From: Longimicrobiales bacterium | Lineage (GTDB): Bacteria > Gemmatimonadota > Gemmatimonadetes > Longimicrobiales > Gaopeijiaceae | Assembly: GCA_965116905.1 (NCBI GenBank) | Contig: OZ220732.1 | Coordinates: forward strand, 672,001 to 736,000 | Length of the DNA stretch: 64,000 nt | Direction of reading: 5' to 3' | Shown here: positions 18,611 through 28,715 of the stretch, piece after piece | Numbering within the stretch: the first letter of the stretch is position 1 | Layout: each line of letters begins with the position of its first letter | Program-made: the position numbers and the translations under genes | The notes under the pieces: model-generated | Seen by the model: only the letters and a program-made list of their open reading frames with translations | What the model was told of the DNA's origin: nothing | The model's database searches: none

Positions 18611-19255
18611 ATGACCGGCAGGACTCCCTCGCGGCACGGATGGATCGAGGTCGTCTCCGGGGTCATGTTCAGCGGCAAGTCCGAGGAGCTGATCCGGCGC
18701 GTCCGGCGGGCTCTTATCGCCGGCCGGCGGGTCCAGCTTTTCAAGTCCCACCTCGACGACCGCTACGGTGGCGAGTTCCGCATCTCTTCGCACGACGGCC
18801 GGCAGATCGACGCCGACCCCGTGTCCAACTCGGTGCAGATCGCGGAGAAGGTCGACACGGCGACGCAGGTCGTTGCCATCGACGAGGCCCAGTTCCTGGA
18901 CGACGGCATCTGCGAGGTGGCCGATGCGCTGGCGGACGCCGGAATGCGCATCATCGTGGCCGGCACCGACATGGACTTTCGCGGCGAGCCGTTCGGTCCC
19001 ATGGGCCTGCTGCTTGCACGCGCCGAGCGGATCGACAAGCTGACCGCGATCTGCGTCGTGTGCGGCGAGCCGGCGACGAAGAACCAGCGCCTCATCGACG
19101 GGGAGCCGGCGCCCGCGGAGGGACCGACCATTCAGGTGGGAGGCGCCGAGTCCTACGAGGCACGCTGCCGCAGCTGCCATGTGGTGCCGAAGCGGGACCG
19201 GGCACAGGCCGAGTTGTTGTTCAGCCGGGCGAAGGAAGAACGAGAGAGGGCGTAA
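18611..19255 (+). CDS. tdk: Thymidine kinase
   Basis: GVMFSGKSEELIRR, AIDEAQF, DFRGEPFG, AICVVCG, YEARCRSC. Confidence 0.95.
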   Translation: MTGRTPSRHGWIEVVSGVMFSGKSEELIRRVRRALIAGRRVQLFKSHLDDRYGGEFRISSHDGRQIDADPVSNSVQIAEKVDTATQVVAIDEAQFLDDGICEVADALADAGMRIIVAGTDMDFRGEPFGPMGLLLARAERIDKLTAICVVCGEPATKNQRLIDGEPAPAEGPTIQVGGAESYEARCRSCHVVPKRDRAQAELLFSRAKEERERA

Positions 19256-19299
19256 GGTCAGCCCCCGGTGAGCCCCGGTCAGGCCTGTTCAGCTCCCGG

Positions 19300-21054
19300 T
19301 CAGCCTCCCGGCAGCCTCACAATCGGGTACACGCCTCCGGCGGCAAGCCTCTCCGCCAGGAAGCCCCAGTTCGCGAAGCCGTCGTCGGACTGGGGCTCGA
19401 GCAGGCTGAAGAGCAGGCGACCCAGCGGCTGGTCGGCGCGGGCCCACATGTCTCCGGGGGCCGGGGTGACCTGGGTCGGTTCGTAGCGGCCGAAGAGGGT
19501 TTGCTCGTTGCGGCCCTGGAACGGGCGCTCGGCGGTCCGGACCGAATCGATGCGGAAGACCTCGACGTCGACGGGCATCGCCCGGGCACCTTCGGCCCCG
19601 GCGCCCCCGGCGGCCCCGTCGGCCCCGTCAGCGCCGTCCGCGCCCGCCACCGGCTCCAGCGCCACGCCGTGGGCCGCGAGGCGGATCAGGATGTCTTGCA
19701 GTTCGGCGGGGATGAGGTAGGCCTCGGGCACGCGCCCGGTGAGCGTCGGCGCGAACGTCCCGTACTCGTACATGGGCTCGACGTACTGCGTGTCAGCGCG
19801 CAGAAGCAGGGGGCGTCCGGTGAGCGGGTGGACCTCCTCGATGACCGCGCCCATGAGGATGTCGACCTGGGCGAGCGAGCGCTCGGGCGCGGCGCGCAGT
19901 GCAAGCGACTCGCCGACGACCGAGGCGGCGTCGGCGTCCGCGACGATCTGGCGGACCTCTTCAGCGTGCGCGTGCACGTAGTCCAGAATCTCCTCGACGA
20001 AGTACAGGGTCGCGAGGACGCGTTCCTCGAAGGTCGCGTACGAGTAGGCCTCGCTGAGGATCGCGATGCGGTTGCGCAGGCCGATGTAGTTGTTGTTGAA
20101 GCGGGGGCGATGGTCGAAGGTGTACCAGCCGCGCTCGCCGCCGCCGGGCGCAAAGGCGTTGCCGTAGTAATAGAAATGCCAGCCGTACTTTTGCAGGATG
20201 GATTCGGTCACCTGCGGGAGAAGTCCGCCGCGCAGGAAATGGTCGATTCCCGCAGGCGTGTTTGGGTGGAGCGGTGGGGAGTACGTGAGGTGATAGGCGT
20301 GCCGCGTCCCGTTCGTCGTATGTAGATCCACGGATACATGCGGATTGTATTCGTTCATGAGACGCGCCACGGAACGGGCTTCGGGCGACTCGAGCTTCAT
20401 GTGATCGCGGTTCAGATCGTATCCCTGGGCGTTCGGCCGCTGGCCCATGCCGCCGATGGGTCCGTGCTGACGGCCCCGGTTGGTGAGGGTCACGCGCTCG
20501 TTGCCGTCCGCGTTGTAAATGGGCGCGACCAGCAGGACCATTGACTCTTGCCAATCGCCGTGACGGCCGGCCAGCAGGTCGCGGAGCAGCATCTGGAGCG
20601 CTTCCTTCCCGCAGACCTCGCCCGCGTGAATGTTGCCCTGCAGGTAGACGACGGTCTTGCCGGAAGCGCGGACGGCGGCGGCGCTCGGGTCGGCGACATC
20701 GCCCACCACGGCCAGCGGAAGCGCGCGTCCCTCATTGGTGAAGCCGTAGGTGGTGTAGTGGACCGACGGCGAGGCTGCTGCTGCGCGCTGGAGGAAGTCG
20801 ACCACGTCGGCGTAGGAACTGGTCTCGCGGTAGTCGGTTCGCTCGGCACGGGTGAGGAAGGTGTCAATGGCGGGAGGGGACGGGCTGCAGGCGCTGACGG
20901 CGGCGGTGGCCATGGCCATGCCCGCCAGGTATGCCGCCAGCCGGCGGTTGGCTGGACGCCGGGTTGCCGAAGTTGTCATGCGTGTGGCCCAGGTCGTCAT
21001 GCGCGTAGCGAACCTTTCGATGGTCGGATTGTGTCTGGGAATTGGGGATCCCAA
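19300..21054 (-). CDS. M14 family zinc carboxypeptidase (lipoprotein); true start probably nearer 20979
   Basis: NIHAGEVCG (HxxE), PIYNADG, DLNRDH, DLHTTNG motifs. Confidence 0.85.
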   Translation of the reverse strand: MGSPIPRHNPTIERFATRMTTWATRMTTSATRRPANRRLAAYLAGMAMATAAVSACSPSPPAIDTFLTRAERTDYRETSSYADVVDFLQRAAAASPSVHYTTYGFTNEGRALPLAVVGDVADPSAAAVRASGKTVVYLQGNIHAGEVCGKEALQMLLRDLLAGRHGDWQESMVLLVAPIYNADGNERVTLTNRGRQHGPIGGMGQRPNAQGYDLNRDHMKLESPEARSVARLMNEYNPHVSVDLHTTNGTRHAYHLTYSPPLHPNTPAGIDHFLRGGLLPQVTESILQKYGWHFYYYGNAFAPGGGERGWYTFDHRPRFNNNYIGLRNRIAILSEAYSYATFEERVLATLYFVEEILDYVHAHAEEVRQIVADADAASVVGESLALRAAPERSLAQVDILMGAVIEEVHPLTGRPLLLRADTQYVEPMYEYGTFAPTLTGRVPEAYLIPAELQDILIRLAAHGVALEPVAGADGADGADGAAGGAGAEGARAMPVDVEVFRIDSVRTAERPFQGRNEQTLFGRYEPTQVTPAPGDMWARADQPLGRLLFSLLEPQSDDGFANWGFLAERLAAGGVYPIVRLPGG

Positions 21055-21168
21055 GTTAGCGGTCGCGTTCGGTATTTGTCGCTTGTTGGACAGATTTCCA
21101 GGGGAATATGACCTGTAGAGCGCGTTTCAGCTGAAACGTTTCCAAGAAAAGGACGCGGGGGAGGTAAC

Positions 21169-22383
21169 GTGAGGCGTGTTGGAGGGAGGGCGATCGTCGG
21201 GGTTGCTGTCGCGGTGGGCGGGGCCGCCGGCGGGGCGTGTTCGGGCGATACTCCGACGCCGGGCGAAGTTCCGGTGCAGATCGCGGACAGTGCCGGCGTG
21301 CGGGTCGTCACGTACGAGGGCGTGCCGGACGCTGTCGCACCTTTCCGGCTGGCCGGGGAACCCCGCTACCGCCACGGCGGCGGCCCGGGCGACTACCTCT
21401 TCCAGTTCGCGAACGCCGGCCGGCTCTTCCCGGATGGAGGCGCGGTCGTTGCCGATCTCGATGGCGAAGTGGTCGTCCTGAGTGCGGACGGGGCGACGTA
21501 CGAGGTGCTCGCCACCCGTGGAGAGGGACCGGGCGAAATCACCTTCCCCTACGCGGTGTTGGTTCTCGGGCAGGACAGCGTCCTTTTGCCTGACAGTCGT
21601 CAGTCTCGCCTCACGCTCTTCGTCGGCGATTCCGTCGCGAGCATGGTGAGCCTGCCTCGGGCAGCCCACTTCGGCGTGGCGGGGATCGGTTCATCCGGTG
21701 AACTGCTGCTCTGGAACCGATTCCCCTCCAGCTTGTGGATCGACATAGAGGAAGAGTGGCTCGCAGGGCACATGACCCTGTTCGATACCGAGACCGGCGC
21801 GCTCGACACGGTCGCGTCGTACGACCACGTCCATCGAGAGGAATCGGGGCAGCCTGGGCCGATCATCAGGCCCGTTGGCGAGGCCACGGTCGCTGCGGGG
21901 CGGTTCGTCCAAACGAGGTCGGACAGGCCCGAGATCACCTGGCGGCGGACGGACGGCACCGTAGAGCAGATCATGCGGTGGCGGCCCGGGCCCAACCTGC
22001 TGACCGAGGAACTCCTGGAGCACGGCGAGGCCTATAACCGAATGCTGGGCAAGATGATGTACGGAATGTCCGAAGCCCGGCTCGAGGAGGTCATCCAGGA
22101 AGACATGGCCCGGTATCGCGACATGATCGGTCAACCGGTACCGCTCTTCGGTACCCCCTTCGCCGACGCCGACGGGAACGTGTGGCTACCCTCCTACCGG
22201 CCGGCTTACCCGGAAGAGGGGTCGCCGTACACGGTCATTTCCCCGGACGGGGAGTGGCTGGGACAGGTTGAGACGCCGCCCAGATTCCGAATCCTCGATG
22301 TGACCGGAGGGCTGGTGTTGGGGGTGCTCAGGGGTGAAATGGACGTGCAGAATGTGGTGGTTTATGAGGTGGTTGGGCGGTAG
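21169..22383 (+). CDS. 6-bladed beta-propeller lipoprotein (subfamily A)
   Basis: Lipobox GAC; GEGPGE motif; C-terminal SPDGEWLGQVETP...DVQNVVVY. Confidence 0.7.
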   Translation: MRRVGGRAIVGVAVAVGGAAGGACSGDTPTPGEVPVQIADSAGVRVVTYEGVPDAVAPFRLAGEPRYRHGGGPGDYLFQFANAGRLFPDGGAVVADLDGEVVVLSADGATYEVLATRGEGPGEITFPYAVLVLGQDSVLLPDSRQSRLTLFVGDSVASMVSLPRAAHFGVAGIGSSGELLLWNRFPSSLWIDIEEEWLAGHMTLFDTETGALDTVASYDHVHREESGQPGPIIRPVGEATVAAGRFVQTRSDRPEITWRRTDGTVEQIMRWRPGPNLLTEELLEHGEAYNRMLGKMMYGMSEARLEEVIQEDMARYRDMIGQPVPLFGTPFADADGNVWLPSYRPAYPEEGSPYTVISPDGEWLGQVETPPRFRILDVTGGLVLGVLRGEMDVQNVVVYEVVGR

Positions 22384-22410
22384 GCGGGCGAGGTCGCTTA
22401 CGTGTCCGCT

Positions 22411-22818
22411 TCAGAACAACGCTTCCAGCGCCTCTGCCGGCGTGACCGCAGGGATTGGCGAGCGTCTGAAGTCCCTCTTGTTCCTGGTGACGACGAATCC
22501 GGCACCACAAGCGTGAGCCGCCGCGACCTGCATTGCGTCCTCGAAATCGGCCATGCCCAGCTGGGCAGCATAGGCGATCGCGTCTGTACCGCACTCCGCC
22601 ACAGCCACAAAGCGGATTAGCTCGGCGATGAAGTCCCAGGCACCGGAACCGCCATGCGCAGGCGCGACGAGGTAGTGGAAGTTCGACAGCGTGTGCCACG
22701 CGACGGATGCGCGCTTCGGTCCCGTCTGCAGTCGGTCGAGCAATTCGGAAGCTGCGTTGGAAAACGGTTGTCGATCGAGCGCCACGTCGATGAGCACGTC
22801 CGTATCGATCAGGATCAC
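22411..22818 (-). CDS. PIN-domain toxin
   Basis: ILIDTDVLID, DFEDAMQ, VTRNKRDF. Confidence 0.85.
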   Translation of the reverse strand: MILIDTDVLIDVALDRQPFSNAASELLDRLQTGPKRASVAWHTLSNFHYLVAPAHGGSGAWDFIAELIRFVAVAECGTDAIAYAAQLGMADFEDAMQVAAAHACGAGFVVTRNKRDFRRSPIPAVTPAEALEALF

Positions 22819-23036
22819 AGGTATTTCCGGGCCAACGCGTCGTAGAGGGGATCGTCAAGGTCGGCGGCCTGGAACCGGCCTCTCCAGCGTGAAGCGAAGG
22901 ACGGTTCGCCGACGGCAGCCTCGTCTCGCAACGCACGTTCGATCAGCGCGGACAGCGACACTCCGCGCGACCGCGCATACCGCTTTGCGGCGACGACGAC
23001 CTCGGGATCCACGGTGATCGTGAGCTTTTGTTTCAT
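22815..23036 (-). CDS. RHH-type antitoxin (DUF6364-like)
   Basis: MKQKLTITVDPEVVVAAKRYARSRGVSLSALIE; overlaps the PIN gene. Confidence 0.8.
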   Translation of the reverse strand: MKQKLTITVDPEVVVAAKRYARSRGVSLSALIERALRDEAAVGEPSFASRWRGRFQAADLDDPLYDALARKYL

Positions 23037-23176
23037 GTTGTTTCCTGTGAATACGACTACGTGGTCGAATATACTGTATACGTATTCTTGTTTCACGTCA
23101 AGACGGAACGTCGCGGCGCGCGTCCTGGTAAAACGCTCTGGAGGCGTGAATGTTCTTTCGAACCAAGGAGTCCGGA

Positions 23177-24511
23177 ATGACCCGATGCCTTCGACCGGTC
23201 GCCACTGCAATCGCCGGCGCAAGCTTGCTGACCGTTGTCGGCTCAACCCTCTTCCTCCTGTCCGCGATTCCCGCAACCGCCCAGGAAGTCGTCGACCTCC
23301 CCGCCGAGGACAGCCCGCTCGCGGCCGACTTCGAGGAGGTGCTCCGGGTTGGTTCGCTCGACGGACCCGAGTGGCAGCAGTTCGGGGCAATCTTTGAGGC
23401 GGCCTTCGACGGTGCGGGCAACCTCTACCTTCTCGACCTTCACGCGTACAGGGTTGTCGTCGTCGACCCGGTCGGCGACCTCGTGAGATTCATCGGGCGG
23501 GAGGGGCAGGGTCCGGGCGAGTTCAGCTTCCCCGACCTCCTGACGGCCATGCCGGACGGACGCGCGGTCGTGGGCGACATCGCAGGGCATCGTTCGTTCC
23601 AGGTGTTTGGCAGCGACGGCACGCTCGACCGCAACGTCCGGGTAGGGGAAGACCTGCTCAACGTCCGGGGGCGGATCTACCCCGACGGCGGCGGGCGAGA
23701 TGCAGTGGTCGTGTCGGGCGGGCTGACGATCATCGAGGGGATGCGGCCGGCGGGCGCGGAGGATCCGCCCGGCAAACGTCCCATCGTTCGTCTCGCGCTC
23801 GACGGCGGGACCGTGGTCAGGGAGACGATCACTTACGCATGGGCCCCTCCGTCCGCCGGGATTATCACGTTCCGGGTGAACGGGCACGAGATCACGACCG
23901 GCGACCAGACGGCGCCTCCGCGCACCTTCGATCCGGGGCTGTTCGTGGGTCCGCTTTCGGGCGGCGGCATCGCCTTCTCCGACTCCACGACCTACGCGAT
24001 CAAGCTCACCGGGCCGGAAGGCGCGGTCTCTCGGATCCTCCGTCGTCCGTTTTTCCCGCAACCGGTGACGGACCGGCTACTGGAGGCCGAAATCGAGCGC
24101 CAGCTGGATGAATACGTGGCCGTAGAGGCATCGATGAGCGCTCAGCCACAGCGGGTGGTGGATGGGAGCACGGGCGAAGCGGTCGATATGCTTCCGCGCG
24201 ACATGATGCTGGAGGGTTTGAAGCGAACGAGGCGCGCCTATCTCGAGGCCCTGCCGTCTGCGGACGAGATCCCGGTCGTCGTCGACATGCGCACGACCCG
24301 GGAGGGCGAGATCTGGGTGCGCCGGCGGGGCGACGACCTGCTCAGCGATGGCCCGATCGACGTGCTCACGGCCGACGGCCGCTACCTGGGGAGCTATCCG
24401 AGCGACACGGCCATGCCCAACGCATTCGGTCCGGGGGGACTGCTGGCGTTCGTCGAGAGGGACGAGTTCGGGCTGAACAGGGTGGTGGTGAAGCGGGTAG
24501 TGGGGAGGTAG
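23177..24511 (+). CDS. 6-bladed beta-propeller secreted protein (subfamily B)
   Basis: AAGGAG RBS; signal peptide; [44 protein letters not shown]. Confidence 0.7.
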   Translation: MTRCLRPVATAIAGASLLTVVGSTLFLLSAIPATAQEVVDLPAEDSPLAADFEEVLRVGSLDGPEWQQFGAIFEAAFDGAGNLYLLDLHAYRVVVVDPVGDLVRFIGREGQGPGEFSFPDLLTAMPDGRAVVGDIAGHRSFQVFGSDGTLDRNVRVGEDLLNVRGRIYPDGGGRDAVVVSGGLTIIEGMRPAGAEDPPGKRPIVRLALDGGTVVRETITYAWAPPSAGIITFRVNGHEITTGDQTAPPRTFDPGLFVGPLSGGGIAFSDSTTYAIKLTGPEGAVSRILRRPFFPQPVTDRLLEAEIERQLDEYVAVEASMSAQPQRVVDGSTGEAVDMLPRDMMLEGLKRTRRAYLEALPSADEIPVVVDMRTTREGEIWVRRRGDDLLSDGPIDVLTADGRYLGSYPSDTAMPNAFGPGGLLAFVERDEFGLNRVVVKRVVGR

Positions 24512-24523
24512 GTTGGAACGACC

Positions 24524-25738
24524 TTGCCCACTCGACCTCGCCTCGTCCCCGCGCTCCTTGCGCCGATCGCACTCCTGGCCCCGCTCGCTGCCTGCGCACC
24601 CGACACTTCGCCTTCCGCCCTCACCCAGCCGCACATGTCGGACAGCGCCGGTGTGCGCATCGTCACCTACGACCACACCCCAACTTCCCTGGCCTCCTTC
24701 CAGCTCGCCGCCGAACCCCGCTACCGCCACGGCGCCAACCCCGGCGACTATTCCTTCCAGGAGGCGAGCGCCGGTCGTCTCCTGCCGGACGGCACCGCAG
24801 TCGTCTACGATCAATGGAACGTCGAACTCGTCGCGTTCAGCCCCGATGGCACAACGCACTCGGTCCTGGCCGCCGCGGGGGAAGGACCGGGGGAAGTCGC
24901 CTACGTCAACGCCATATTCGCCCTTGGCCAGGACAGTGTCCTGATCGCAGACCCCAATCTCGCCCGCGTGACCCTCTTCGTCGGCGATTCGGTAGCCCGC
25001 ATCACTGCCCTGCCGCGCTCGCCCAATCTCGAAGTCGAGGGAATCGCGTCATCCGGCGAGCTGCTGCTGGCCACTTACTACGCCTCATTCAGCGACTCCG
25101 AGGCGTGGCGCCCCGGCCACATGGCCCGGTTCCACCTGGAGACCGGGACCCTCGACACCATCGCGTCCTACGACTTCATGCCGCGCATCCCGCCGGGGCT
25201 CGAGTGGGAACCGATCCCGGCCTTGGGCGCGATAGCGGTCGCCGCCGGGCATTTCGTCCAGACCAGATCCGACAGGCCGGAGGTCATCTGGCGCCGCTCG
25301 GACGGCACCGCAACACAGATCGTGCGCTGGCAGGCCGACCCGGCTCTTCTGACCGAGGAGTGGATGCAGCCCATCGAGGTTGAGGCCCTTATGGAGGTCC
25401 GCAAGCACAGCCCCAACATTCCCGAAGCTACGATCACGGCAATCACCCGCCAGAATGTGGGCATCTATCGTGCCAGCGTGGGCCGCGCAATGCCGCTCTT
25501 CGCTGACCCGTTCGCCGACGCCGAAGGGAGGGTGTGGCTGCCATCCTACAAGCCCGGCGGCGAGCGCCACAGTGTGCCGCCCTATGCGGTGATCGCGCCG
25601 GATGGGGAGTGGCTGGGCACGGTCGAGACTCCGCCCGGGTTCCGCATTCTCGACGTGGCCGACGGGCTCGTCCTCGGCATGGTGGTGGACGAGATGGACG
25701 TCGAGAGCGTGGCGGTTTACGAGCTGGTGGGGCGGTAG
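24524..25738 (+). CDS. 6-bladed beta-propeller lipoprotein (subfamily A)
   Basis: LAAC lipobox; DSAGVRIV, EPRYRHG, GEGPGEV, PDGEWLGTVETP shared with 21169-22383. Confidence 0.7.
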   Translation: MPTRPRLVPALLAPIALLAPLAACAPDTSPSALTQPHMSDSAGVRIVTYDHTPTSLASFQLAAEPRYRHGANPGDYSFQEASAGRLLPDGTAVVYDQWNVELVAFSPDGTTHSVLAAAGEGPGEVAYVNAIFALGQDSVLIADPNLARVTLFVGDSVARITALPRSPNLEVEGIASSGELLLATYYASFSDSEAWRPGHMARFHLETGTLDTIASYDFMPRIPPGLEWEPIPALGAIAVAAGHFVQTRSDRPEVIWRRSDGTATQIVRWQADPALLTEEWMQPIEVEALMEVRKHSPNIPEATITAITRQNVGIYRASVGRAMPLFADPFADAEGRVWLPSYKPGGERHSVPPYAVIAPDGEWLGTVETPPGFRILDVADGLVLGMVVDEMDVESVAVYELVGR

Positions 25739-25748
25739 GGGGGCGCAC

Positions 25749-26021
25749 TCAGTAGTGATACCGCGCCGCAAGGAAATAGACCCGATCGTCGCTCACCTGG
25801 TAGACCAGACGGTGCTCGCTGTCGATTCGTCGTGACCATCGACCGGTGAGTTCACGACGGAGGGGCTCAGGCTTCCCGATGCCGTCGAAAGGGTCGCGAA
25901 GGATCGCTTCGACCAGCTTGAGCGTGCGGATGGCCCGCTTGCGGTCGGTCCGCGTCCAGTAGGCCAGGTCTTCAAGGAATCGGGGATGCAATACGGCTTC
26001 TCGGCGCTGCCGTCCGGTCAT
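25749..26021 (-). CDS. yoeB: Txe/YoeB family toxin
   Basis: EDLAYW, RDPFDGIGKPEPL, WSRRIDSEHRLVY, ARYHY. Confidence 0.95.
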   Translation of the reverse strand: MTGRQRREAVLHPRFLEDLAYWTRTDRKRAIRTLKLVEAILRDPFDGIGKPEPLRRELTGRWSRRIDSEHRLVYQVSDDRVYFLAARYHY

Positions 26022-26302
26022 TCCTCCGCCAAGCCGAGTTGCCTGCGGAGTTGGTCAACGTCCGTGGGCTCCCCCTCACCAGAGTCGGCCCATGCCATGG
26101 CTTCCCTAAGGCGCTCGGCGTTGGCCGGAGAGCGAAGCAAGTAGTCCGTCTCCATCCATGAATTGAGATCTTCGGCTGCAATCAGCGCAACGGGTTCTTT
26201 TCCCCGCCGCCGGATCACGACCGGCTCGTGGGTGTCGGTGACCTGATCCATGAGGGAAGCGAGGTTCTTCCGTGCTCCCGTGTAGGTGGTTTCTCGTATC
26301 AT
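26018..26302 (-). CDS. yefM: YefM/Phd antitoxin
   Basis: TYTGARKNLASLMD, ETDYLLRSPANAERL. Confidence 0.92.
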   Translation of the reverse strand: MIRETTYTGARKNLASLMDQVTDTHEPVVIRRRGKEPVALIAAEDLNSWMETDYLLRSPANAERLREAMAWADSGEGEPTDVDQLRRQLGLAEE

Positions 26303-26344
26303 CTGGGGCGTCCTGGCTCAAATCATCATGGTCGATTTGTAATC

Positions 26345-26361
26345 GTACAGACAATCTGTAC
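26345..26361. promoter_or_regulatory. Palindromic operator upstream of yefM-yoeB
   Basis: Perfect inverted repeat GTACAGA-CAA-TCTGTAC about 45 bp upstream of the antitoxin start. Confidence 0.6.
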
Positions 26362-26427
26362 CACTAGCAACCCTGCCGGTGAGCTTTGGCAGAGGTGTGC
26401 CGGCATCGGCCGCCCCCGTGATCCCCA

Positions 26428-27876
26428 TCACTTCAGCCCCCCATCCTCCGCAATCTCCGCCAGCAACTCGGCGATGGCCCCGGCGCTCAGCCACCGCCCC
26501 GCTGCCATCACACCAACCGGTCTTCGGACCGTGGCGAGTGATTCCCGGGGGTCGGCATCGAGCAGGAGAAGATCGGCGCGTTTTCCCGCCTCGACGGTGC
26601 CCGCTTCCTCGAAGGTACCCAGGAACCGCGCGGCTTCCCGTGTGGCCAGTTCGAGAATACGGATCCTGTCGATCCCTGCCGCCTCATAGTTGGCGAGTTC
26701 TTCGTGCAGCGAGAAGCCCGGCACCACGAAGGGATTCGGGGTGTCGGTCCCGATCAGCACCCCGGCACCGGCGTCGTGCAACGCCCGCACGAGACGAAGT
26801 CGATTGTCGCGCCCAGCATCGACCAGCGCCCAATCGGCGGCGTCCATCCGGTCGAGGGAGCGAGTCGCCAGCGACTCCCAGAAGTCGAGGACATCGCTGC
26901 CCAGGTAGTTCATCTCAGGCCTGCGCAGCCAGGCGTCGATCGTGTCGCGGGGAACGAGCGCGCGGTCGGCCTGCACTGTCGTGGCGACGACACCCACCCC
27001 GGCATCGGCCACTTGCGCGGCCGCGTCAGCGTAGCTGGCCGGATCGACCGGCATCGCGAGGTAGAGCTTGGACCAGTGCCATCCGTTGCGGAATGGAGAG
27101 TCCTTCGCCTCGACCAGGTCACCCAGTTCCGTCACGTGTTCGATCGACCACATTTCGGACGCGAGCGCATGTTCGACGGCAACGTCGCGAGGGATATGAC
27201 CAGCCACGGGCAGCCCCTGCGAGGCGGCCTCTTCGACGATGGCCGCATAGGCGGTCGGCGAGAGATTCGTATAGACCTTGACGAAGTCGTAGCCTGCAGC
27301 GGCCTGGGCCCGGACCGCTTCGCGCGCCTCCTCCGCGGACCCGATCGCCAGGTTGTCCCCACGTACGGGGGGATCGCCGTCGAGGATAGGCCCTGCCGTG
27401 TAGATCCTGGGCCCGAGCATCTCCCCGCGCTCGATGAGGTCGCGCCATTCCAGGATGTACGGGCGGCCATCCATGTTCCGCACCGTTGTCACGCCGTTCG
27501 CGAGGAAGAGGGCCAGGATGCTCGGGTCCTCCGAGTACTCGAGATGGACGTGCATGTCGGTGAGCCCCGGCATCAGGAATCGGCCGGCGCCGTCGATGAT
27601 GGTCGCCTCCGTCGACACCTGCACATGGGCTGCCGCCCCGATCGTCACGATAGAGTCGCCTGATACGATGACAGTCTGCCGCGCAAGCGTCTCGCCGCCT
27701 TGCGTCATCGGCAGGACCGTCACGTCGACGAAGGCAATGTCGCCAGTGGTGCCGCTGTCTCGTAGCGGCCGCGACGAGGGTTCGCAAGCCAGGAGGGTCG
27801 CGCACATGGCGACTATTGGCCTCAGGCCACCTCCGCGTAGTTTCGTGCCCGGACGGCCCGCCGTGCGGCAGGTCAT
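26428..27876 (-). CDS. Amidohydrolase family protein
   Basis: MPGLTDMHVH, GVTTVRNM, DFVKVY, GTDTPN, GTVEAGKRADL; ATGA overlap with the upstream gene. Confidence 0.85.
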   Translation of the reverse strand: MTCRTAGRPGTKLRGGGLRPIVAMCATLLACEPSSRPLRDSGTTGDIAFVDVTVLPMTQGGETLARQTVIVSGDSIVTIGAAAHVQVSTEATIIDGAGRFLMPGLTDMHVHLEYSEDPSILALFLANGVTTVRNMDGRPYILEWRDLIERGEMLGPRIYTAGPILDGDPPVRGDNLAIGSAEEAREAVRAQAAAGYDFVKVYTNLSPTAYAAIVEEAASQGLPVAGHIPRDVAVEHALASEMWSIEHVTELGDLVEAKDSPFRNGWHWSKLYLAMPVDPASYADAAAQVADAGVGVVATTVQADRALVPRDTIDAWLRRPEMNYLGSDVLDFWESLATRSLDRMDAADWALVDAGRDNRLRLVRALHDAGAGVLIGTDTPNPFVVPGFSLHEELANYEAAGIDRIRILELATREAARFLGTFEEAGTVEAGKRADLLLLDADPRESLATVRRPVGVMAAGRWLSAGAIAELLAEIAEDGGLK

Positions 27877-28715
27877 CGGTTTCCTCGCCTCGGACACAAC
27901 GTTCGCATGACCGCCAGCGACGGCGGCCGTCGGCCGGCCTGAGTCGACTGGTTGAGGTAGTCCTGCGTATAGGCCTGAAGTATCCACGGGCCCCTGGTCC
28001 TCCACACTTCTACAAGAGCGAAATTGCGAGGCTGAAACAGCGTGAAGTCCGCAAAACGGACTGGCTGATCGTCGATCAGGAGTTCGACGACTCGCCTGCT
28101 TCCTTCGATGTTGGCAATGGCGCATCCGTAGTCGGAATACCCCTCGAAGCTGAAGCCAAAGAGTGAGCCCGCCATGTCCCAGACGTTGTCCGCCCAATGC
28201 GAGTGCAGGGCTTCACGTCCGATGGCCAGTGGTCTTCTCCTCAGCAAGACACCGTTGCGCCGGACTCTGAGGCGCTGTTGATAGCTGCCCACTTCGGCCT
28301 CGATTCCTTCGAGCCAAATGGGTCTCGGCTGCAAGGTCACGACGAATCCATCGGTATGGGTGGCGTCGAGGCTCAGGACCAGCGGGATGTATCCGAGCGC
28401 GGACACGCGCAGATCACGGTTTGGGGGAAGCTCTTCGTTCAGATCGAGGACAAAAACACCGTCCTCGTCCGTCAGATCGTATGCCTGAGTCCCGTCCACA
28501 GTGACGAAGGCACTGATCACGGCGCTTCCGTTCGAGCCGTCTACTACACGGCCGCGCACTTGCAGCACTTGTCCCGTGGCGGAGGGCGGCGCGATCGCGC
28601 CCGCCGCAAGCAGACCGGCCATTGCGGGCCAAAGGCGCGGCGAAAGCCTCACCAGGCCCGCCGAGCCTGTCGACGCATCGGGCCAGCGGAAAGATCCCCC
28701 GGCGGATTCGCTCAT
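27873..28715 (-). CDS. Secreted carboxypeptidase-regulatory-like domain protein
   Basis: Signal peptide; VRGRVVDG...TDEDGVF...VSALGY...LEGIEAEV. Confidence 0.65.
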   Translation of the reverse strand: MSESAGGSFRWPDASTGSAGLVRLSPRLWPAMAGLLAAGAIAPPSATGQVLQVRGRVVDGSNGSAVISAFVTVDGTQAYDLTDEDGVFVLDLNEELPPNRDLRVSALGYIPLVLSLDATHTDGFVVTLQPRPIWLEGIEAEVGSYQQRLRVRRNGVLLRRRPLAIGREALHSHWADNVWDMAGSLFGFSFEGYSDYGCAIANIEGSRRVVELLIDDQPVRFADFTLFQPRNFALVEVWRTRGPWILQAYTQDYLNQSTQAGRRPPSLAVMRTLCPRRGNR

